A stretch of 63,382 nt of DNA, the filler included, from Octopus bimaculoides (taxonomy: Eukaryota): the NCBI RefSeq assembly GCF_001194135.2. It is 6 parts of 6 records of this genome, joined end to end, with 100 filler letters (N's around TTAATTAATTAA, not from the genome) between each part and the next. Parts side by side here need not be neighbours in the genome. Positions count along the whole stretch, not along the records: positions 55,462 to 61,410 come from NC_068986.1; positions 61,511 to 63,382 come from NC_069006.1; 4 more parts are not named here. The stretch is one strand, 5' to 3'. How positions within the stretch are numbered: the first letter of the stretch is position 1; every line of letters begins with the position of its first letter. A program made the translations under genes and the position numbers. This document shows, one piece after another, positions 57,299 to 63,382 of the stretch. The notes under the pieces were generated by a model. The model searched no databases, was not told where the DNA came from, and saw only the letters and a list, made by a program, of their open reading frames with translations.

Positions 57299-57829
57299 CA
57301 GGTGTCGCCAAACTTCTTTCACGGCGGGCCACATAACTGAGAGAATGACGAGCGTGGGCCGCATTCCTGTTTTGTTCAATACAATACAGTGACTATACAA
57401 AAAATAAAGACAATATATTTACCAAAAAGTTATCAAATATGGCGACGTTAACAATAAGATATATCACACCATTGCGCACACATCAGAATCTCACAAACTA
57501 AGCAGCAAAAAAAAGGTTAGTGAGGCTTATGAAACTGTTGTTTAGCTTTTAAGATATCATCCATCTTTGCTGTGGAATTGCTGCATCCAACCAAGAGAAC
57601 TACTTTCAAACATTCAATAGTCAACCGTGTTCTACGTACTGACTTCCCATACCTCAGTTTTTGAAAATATTTGCTCACAGACATAAGTTGTTACAACACT
57701 GATGCCATACCAGAGGCAAATGAACTCTCATTACAGGTACTTACACAAAAGGTTCAGTGCCGTAGCGGGCCGGATGAGCTGAACTCGCGGGCTGGATCCT
57801 GCCCGCGGGTTGTAGTTTGGTGACCTCTG
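57299..57829 (-). mobile_element. hAT (Charlie-like) deletion derivative
   Basis: Perfect 8-bp target duplication GTTTAGTG (57291-57298, 57830-57837). Terminal repeats CAGGTGTCGCCAAACT / AGTTTGGTGACCTCTG. Minus-strand relic TTYVCEQIFSK..RTRLT...KQQFHKPH* matches the hAT dimerisation domain. Confidence 0.9.
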
Positions 57830-58398
57830 GTTTAGTGGATTGAAATTTGAATGATAAACTACGAATAGATCATGAACGTGTATAAGTACTAGCACTACCT
57901 ATATGAACGGTACACTTAATGGATGATTTGTATAGCGAATAAATTTTCTGGAGTAAGTTTTATTCAGCCAACGAATTGGAATTTGAACAACATACTACGT
58001 AAGTGGCTGGGAGAGCTTGTACAAACGTTTCGTTAACGTCCATATTTGCAATTTCTATATTTTGTAAAGAAAGTAATATTACTCATATCTTTTGCTAAAA
58101 ACACTATTTTAAAATTAGCTTACATTCTTAAATATTATACGTAGTTAATCTATAAAATTATTATGAGTTGTAAGCACTTGAATTTATCATTTTATGAACA
58201 GTGCAAAGATAATTGAAATTGGGTTGAAGCTATACGAAGAAGGAAAACGCACGTACACATACACGCGCACGCGTACACGCATATATATTTATGTATTTAC
58301 TATTGGTAGATGAACAATAAGACCTCATTTCATGCCCTTATGTGGAGTTTAGGTGTGGCATAGAACTGATTACTCCTATTTAGTTATAATTCAATTAC

Positions 58399-58804
58399 TC
58401 ATATAACGAGTAATTTGGTAAATGAGCGGGGCTCGGAACAGATTATGTTCTTGAATAGAGACCCCTCTGTATACTGACTTAAACCTACGCTAGTATATTC
58501 CCTGCAGGGATGGAGCCAAAGAGCGGCTCTCAAAGCTAATATTTCTGACTCCTGAAATAATATTGGGTTTCTGTGCTATTTTCCAACCTGTCGGATTTTA
58601 AATTAACTGCAGAAGAGAAGACTCAATACAAGTCTTCAACGAGCAGAGATTAATCAATGTATTTTGGTATGTAAAACTATGTAGTTGTATCAATTTTCTT
58701 ATTTATAAATATAACTAAGGTGTCTTCCAAAGGATTAACCCTTGATCCATTGAAAAGAAATCCGTATAATTATTATGAGTAAAATACAGTTACTCGTTAT
58801 ATGA
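58399..58804. mobile_element. Possible MITE bounded by 15-bp inverted repeats
   Basis: TCATATAACGAGTAA (58399-58413) and its exact reverse complement (58790-58804). No clear target duplication. Confidence 0.4.
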
Positions 58805-59549
58805 CCACAACTCTGATAGTATACTTTTTCCACTATGAATAATATAAGGAGAAAAGGCGTTCTTCCAATTATTATAATTTATCAAAATTATGTCAAATTA
58901 TCAAATTTATCAAATTTATCAAAGATTTTGGCATTTATACAACATGAGGAAATAAATGCTAATTTTCAAACAAACATTTTTAAAATGTTGCATTAAAATA
59001 TAACTAAATATGATCAATTTCTCATTTGTATGTCTCTTCACATTACTACTAGTATTTACTGCGCCTGTATTGTCGATATAAATGTTAAACTGTTTTCCTT
59101 TTTCCCTCTAAAAAGGAAACTTATAGTTTGAAAAGTTATAATTTTATATCTTTAAATGTCAGAAAGAGAAAACTTATTTTCAAAACTTACGTTTCCTCTA
59201 ACAGGAAACATTGTTTTTGAATGTGCAGGCGTGGCCATGTGGTAAAAATTGTTTCCCAACCACATGGTTTCACGTTCAGTTCCACTGCTTGGTATCCTGG
59301 GCAAGTGTCTTTTACTATAGCCATATTTACATACATACGTGTGCGTGTATGCATGTATACATATATATATATATTTGTATATATACGATGGTTTTTGTTA
59401 AGTAGCGTCGATTTTTACAATTCTGTAACTCACAATAATAGTATTTCATAAGTTTAAAGCTTTTCAGTGATCATCATGCGATGACTAAAGAAAATAATTT
59501 AATAATATGGCATATAAGCCCTCGACGGAAAAAAAAAACTGGGTTCCCC

Positions 59550-59622
59550 CGAACGCATGGGACACGAACCCACGTACATTTCTTTTCGCAACAAGTGCGC
59601 TAGCCATTTACACCAACCTCCA
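59550..59622 (-). pseudogene. tRNA-like sequence with an Arg(GCG)-type anticodon loop (pseudogene or SINE head)
   Basis: Minus strand has A-box TGGTGTAAATGG, loop TT-GCG-AA and T-arm GTGGG-TTCGTGT-CCCAT. Acceptor and anticodon stems pair poorly. Confidence 0.55.
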
Positions 59623-60576
59623 ACGTTGTTTCTTCCTGTCAGATTTTAGGACCATAATTAGTTCGAATTGTTGGTTCTGTAAACAAACTTTCATGTGCTT
59701 TTACTGCGATGGTTTTTGTTAAGCAGCGTCGATTTTTATAATTCTATAAATACTAATAATAGTATTTTATAAACTTAAAGCTTATAAGCGAACACTGTAC
59801 AATGACTAAAGAAAATAGCCCGACACGTACGGGAAAACCTATTTTTTTATCGTCGTGGGCTTATTTGCTCCATTATTAGACTATGTTCTTTAGTCATCGC
59901 ACAGTGATCGTTTATAAGCTTTAAGCTTATAAAATACTATTATCATTATTATTATTATTATTATCCTTATATGTATATATGTATGTATGTATATATGTAT
60001 GTATTTATACACACCACACACACATACATACACACACACATATATATACATGCGTGTGTGTATCTTTCTGTTTGCATTTGTTCCCACCACCGCTTGACAA
60101 CGAGTGTTGGTTTGTTTACATCCCCGCATATTAACAGCTCGGCAAAAAGTAACTGAAAGAATATGAACCGTGCTTTAAAAGAATAAACATTGGGTCTATT
60201 CCTTCGAATTACATTTTTCAAGGCAGTGCCCCAGTATGGCCGTAGTCTGAAAGTATTAAAAGATAAAAGATATGTTTTACTGTGTACAGAAGTTTGTGTT
60301 GTCATTGTTTGAAAGTATGACGACATCCAAGTGAGGAATGATTGCTCAGAATTCTTCAATAAAAAAAAAAGGTAAAATCAGATTCCATTTTGAAAACCTA
60401 GTGTGTGTACATTGTTTGCTTTTGATAGCTGGAAAACGTGTGAGGGCATGCAAGCGCACAGGCTAGAGGAACAACACTGCTCAAAAACATTTCACTCGGT
60501 ATCATCTCGTCTTCACGATGCCTTTTGCTTGCAGAAAGGAAGCTTCTTTGTTACCATTACCAGAAATAGCAATCAA

Positions 60577-60992
60577 TGGCGGCGAACTGGCAGAGACGTT
60601 AGCACGCCGGACGAAATGCTTAGCGGTATTTCGTCTGCCGTTACGTTCTGAGTTGAAATTCCACCGAGGTTGACTTTGCTTTTCATCCTTTCGGGGTCGA
60701 TAAATTAAGTACCAGTTACGTACTGGGGTCGATGTAATCAACTTAATCCGTTCGTCTGTTCTTGTTTGTTCCGTCTATGTTTAGCCCCTTGTGGGCAATA
60801 ACGAAATAGGTATTTCGTCTGCCGTTACGTCCTGAGTTGAAATTCCGCCGAGGTTGACTTTGCTTTTCATCCCTTCGGGGTCGATAAATTAAGTACCAGT
60901 TACGCACTGGGGTCGATATGATCGACTTAATTCGTTTGTCTGTCCTTGCTTGTCCCCTCTATGTTTCGCCCCTTGTAGACAATAAAGAAATA
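60577..60992 (+). mobile_element. Dimeric SINE family 2 copy with a 15-bp target site duplication
   Basis: AGAAATAGCAATCAA at 60562-60576 and 60993-61007. The core and tail are repeated twice internally. Confidence 0.9.
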
Positions 60993-61365
60993 AGAAATAG
61001 CAATCAAATTCTGTGTGTTTTCTAATAATTTGTAGTTATAATCTCAAGAAGCAGCTCTAAAATGAACATAATACGGTACAACACACACACATTTAGACAC
61101 CCATGCACACACGGAATGGAGATATAACATGCTGAACTAGTGGCATTAAAAAATTGCATGGTATTCTGGCAATTAGTTATTATCATTATGGAGGGCTTAA
61201 GTGGCGAACATGTAATGTTGGCCGAAAACCAAAAACCGATGCGTTTCCAATGATGATATTATCTATGTATATGTGTCAATCTGTCTGTCTACACACGTAC
61301 ACACACTTATGCTCACACACATATACAGAGAGTAGGTGTGTGTGTGAGTGTGTATGTGTATGAGT

Positions 61366-61410
<45 letters not shown>

Positions 61411-61510
61411 NNNNNNNNNNNNNNNNNNNNNNNNNNNNNNNNNNNNNNNNNNNNTTAATTAATTAANNNNNNNNNNNNNNNNNNNNNNNNNNNNNNNNNN
61501 NNNNNNNNNN

Positions 61511-61565
<55 letters not shown>

Positions 61566-62442
61566 TGAATCTTGCTATGGTGGATTCGATCCACCATAGC
61601 CAAATTTAAATTAACAGTTCAACAGAAATTTTCTCACGGTTGAACAATGGTTTTTTTTCAGTGACAACAGTTTTACATTTGCCAGATGCATTTAGCTAGG
61701 CCGAAATAATGTCTTCACCACTTGACCCTTATAACCCCTTCTACTTCACCAAAAGCTAGAATAGAGATATCATAGTGCCACCAACGAAGCCCATTGTTCT
61801 CAACGATATGTCTATCCTTCTGGATAGTTATAAAAGCAAGAACCCGCAAGCAAAAGACAGTCATCACTTTGGTGACAACTCAGCGAGAACGGAGTCTGGC
61901 TGACCGGCTAGAACAACTATGGTATCTCACCGACGAAGCAGTTGTTTCGTCCCACACTCTCTCACTCTCACTAGCTCTAATTCTGTTCCCTTACGACATC
62001 ACTCTGTCTCTTTCTGTGGATTACTGCTAAGATAATGTGTATACAAAATATACAAGAAAAATTCTACCACATCTAACTTTCTTTCGCATGCTCTCGGATT
62101 TTATCACCTGCCCGTCGAGGTATACTAATACATCTATTTGTTGTTTACACCACCTGTCTTCGTCTGTTGTTTTTTCGTAAATTCTCATATATGTTTCGTT
62201 TTCTTATCTTGTTTTCCGTCCGCCACTACCCTCCACGAAAATAATTTAATTTGTGTTCGTGGGAAGAACCATTTCAACGATGCGTACTGCCTTAATTCTT
62301 CGAAACGCCGGTGTTTTAATGGTGGCAGCTGGTGAAGGAGATGTTTCTATGTGGCTTGCTTGTTTGTTGTACCTTGTTTATCATTTTGTCCATGATCTTT
62401 CATCAAAATTAAATTGAGCTTTATAGATAAAATATATATAAA

Positions 62443-62734
62443 ATATATAGTTTTAGGGAAAATAACCAAGTTTCAAGAACTCATCGATGAAAATCCACTA
62501 TCACATATAGAAAAATTAACAATTAAAAGCACAATAAATGAGTATAATATAAAGCAAAGTAAATATCATAAGATAAATATAATATAATATTATATTATAT
62601 TTATCTTATGATATTTACTTTGCTTTATATTATACTCATTTATTGTGCTTTTAATTGTTAATTTTTCTATATGTGATAGTGGATTTTCATCGATGAGTTC
62701 TTGAAACTTAGTTATTTTCCCTAAAACTATATAT
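62443..62734. repeat. 292-bp spacerless palindrome (146-bp arms, one mismatch)
   Basis: Centre AGATAAATATAATATAAT|ATTATATTATATTTATCT at 62588/62589. The only mismatch I saw is AATAACCAAG versus CTTAGTTATT. Confidence 0.95.
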
Positions 62735-63230
62735 ATATATATATACTTTATTTAAAAGCAGCAGAAATATAAGAAAAGCTGTTACTCAGTTGTAAAATAT
62801 TTATGTAACACAGCGTGAAAATTTTAATTTTAATGTATTAATTGACTTATATTTCGTATATAATTATTTACAATATGTATTTTGAATCCACTCTTCGATT
62901 TAAGGTTTTCTTCGATTTAAGGTTTTCTTCGATTTTACAATAGGATGAATTTATTCTGAATTCATTTGTTTTGTTCATTGCATGCTTAAGACCGTCAGTT
63001 GAAAGGACCAATGAAACAAATCCATTTTTAAAGGTGTATCGAATGGGAACGTGAAACTGAGTAACAGTAACTCGGATGCTAACATCCCTTTTAAAAGGAA
63101 TCTATATATTCACGATAACATGCATATATATATATATATATCTTACATACATATAAGAAGGATGACCACTAAGTGGACATCCATTATGCTAGAAGTAGAC
63201 CACCTATGGTCTGACCACTAAAAAAAGATT

Positions 63231-63382
63231 GTTCTCAAGAAAATTCAGCAAATGCCAGAACGTAAGCGAGCAAGATAAATGAAAAGATACAAAACATTAC
63301 ATTATATTATATTTTATATTTTGTATCTTTTCATTTGTCTTGCTCGCTTACGTTCTGGCGTTTGCTGAATTTTCTTGAGAAC
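63231..63382. repeat. Inverted repeat with 64-bp arms and a 24-nt spacer, running to the window end
   Basis: 63231-63294 against 63319-63382, two mismatches. Confidence 0.95.

Noticed and set aside
60527-60576. KGSFFVTIT after a CAG acceptor, resembling Runx exon 2 (GKSFTLTIT)
   Set aside because: The phase is wrong, there is no AIKVTVDGPR, and removing the adjacent SINE gives a stop after a few codons.
62690-62720. CGATGAG-TTCTT-GAAAC-TTA-GTT as a hammerhead in the palindrome arm
   Set aside because: The core lacks CTGA and no stem I pairing is available.

Overview
This is a repeat-rich, gapped eukaryotic scaffold segment. The tRNA-derived SINE families, the extreme TA/CA/TAGA microsatellite load and the invertebrate-type Runx sequence suggest a coleoid cephalopod, probably Octopus; that assignment is inference. 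The only host coding sequence I can support is the first Runt-domain exon of a RUNX/runt gene (+, 1075-1438). It begins MHLPA, has a GC-type 5' splice site, and has a strong internal splice acceptor inside the MHLP N-terminus. I found no second Runt exon in the visible sequence, so the remaining ~62 kb is probably a very large intron, subject to many N-gaps and five synthetic TTAATTAATTAA joins. It contains decayed mobile elements: CR1 and RTE LINE fragments, mariner, hAT, Helitron and Penelope-like relics, and three SINE families. The most unusual features are a 626-bp insertion ending in twin co-varying hairpins that splits a SINE without a clear target duplication, a 292-bp spacerless palindrome plus a second long inverted repeat, a foldback element carrying telomere-like repeats, a degenerate hammerhead ribozyme, a nested multi-hairpin cluster, and a 326-bp repeat unit containing a tRNA-Arg(GCG)-like sequence. 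Nearly all other ORFs in the supplied track are microsatellite or N-gap artefacts.
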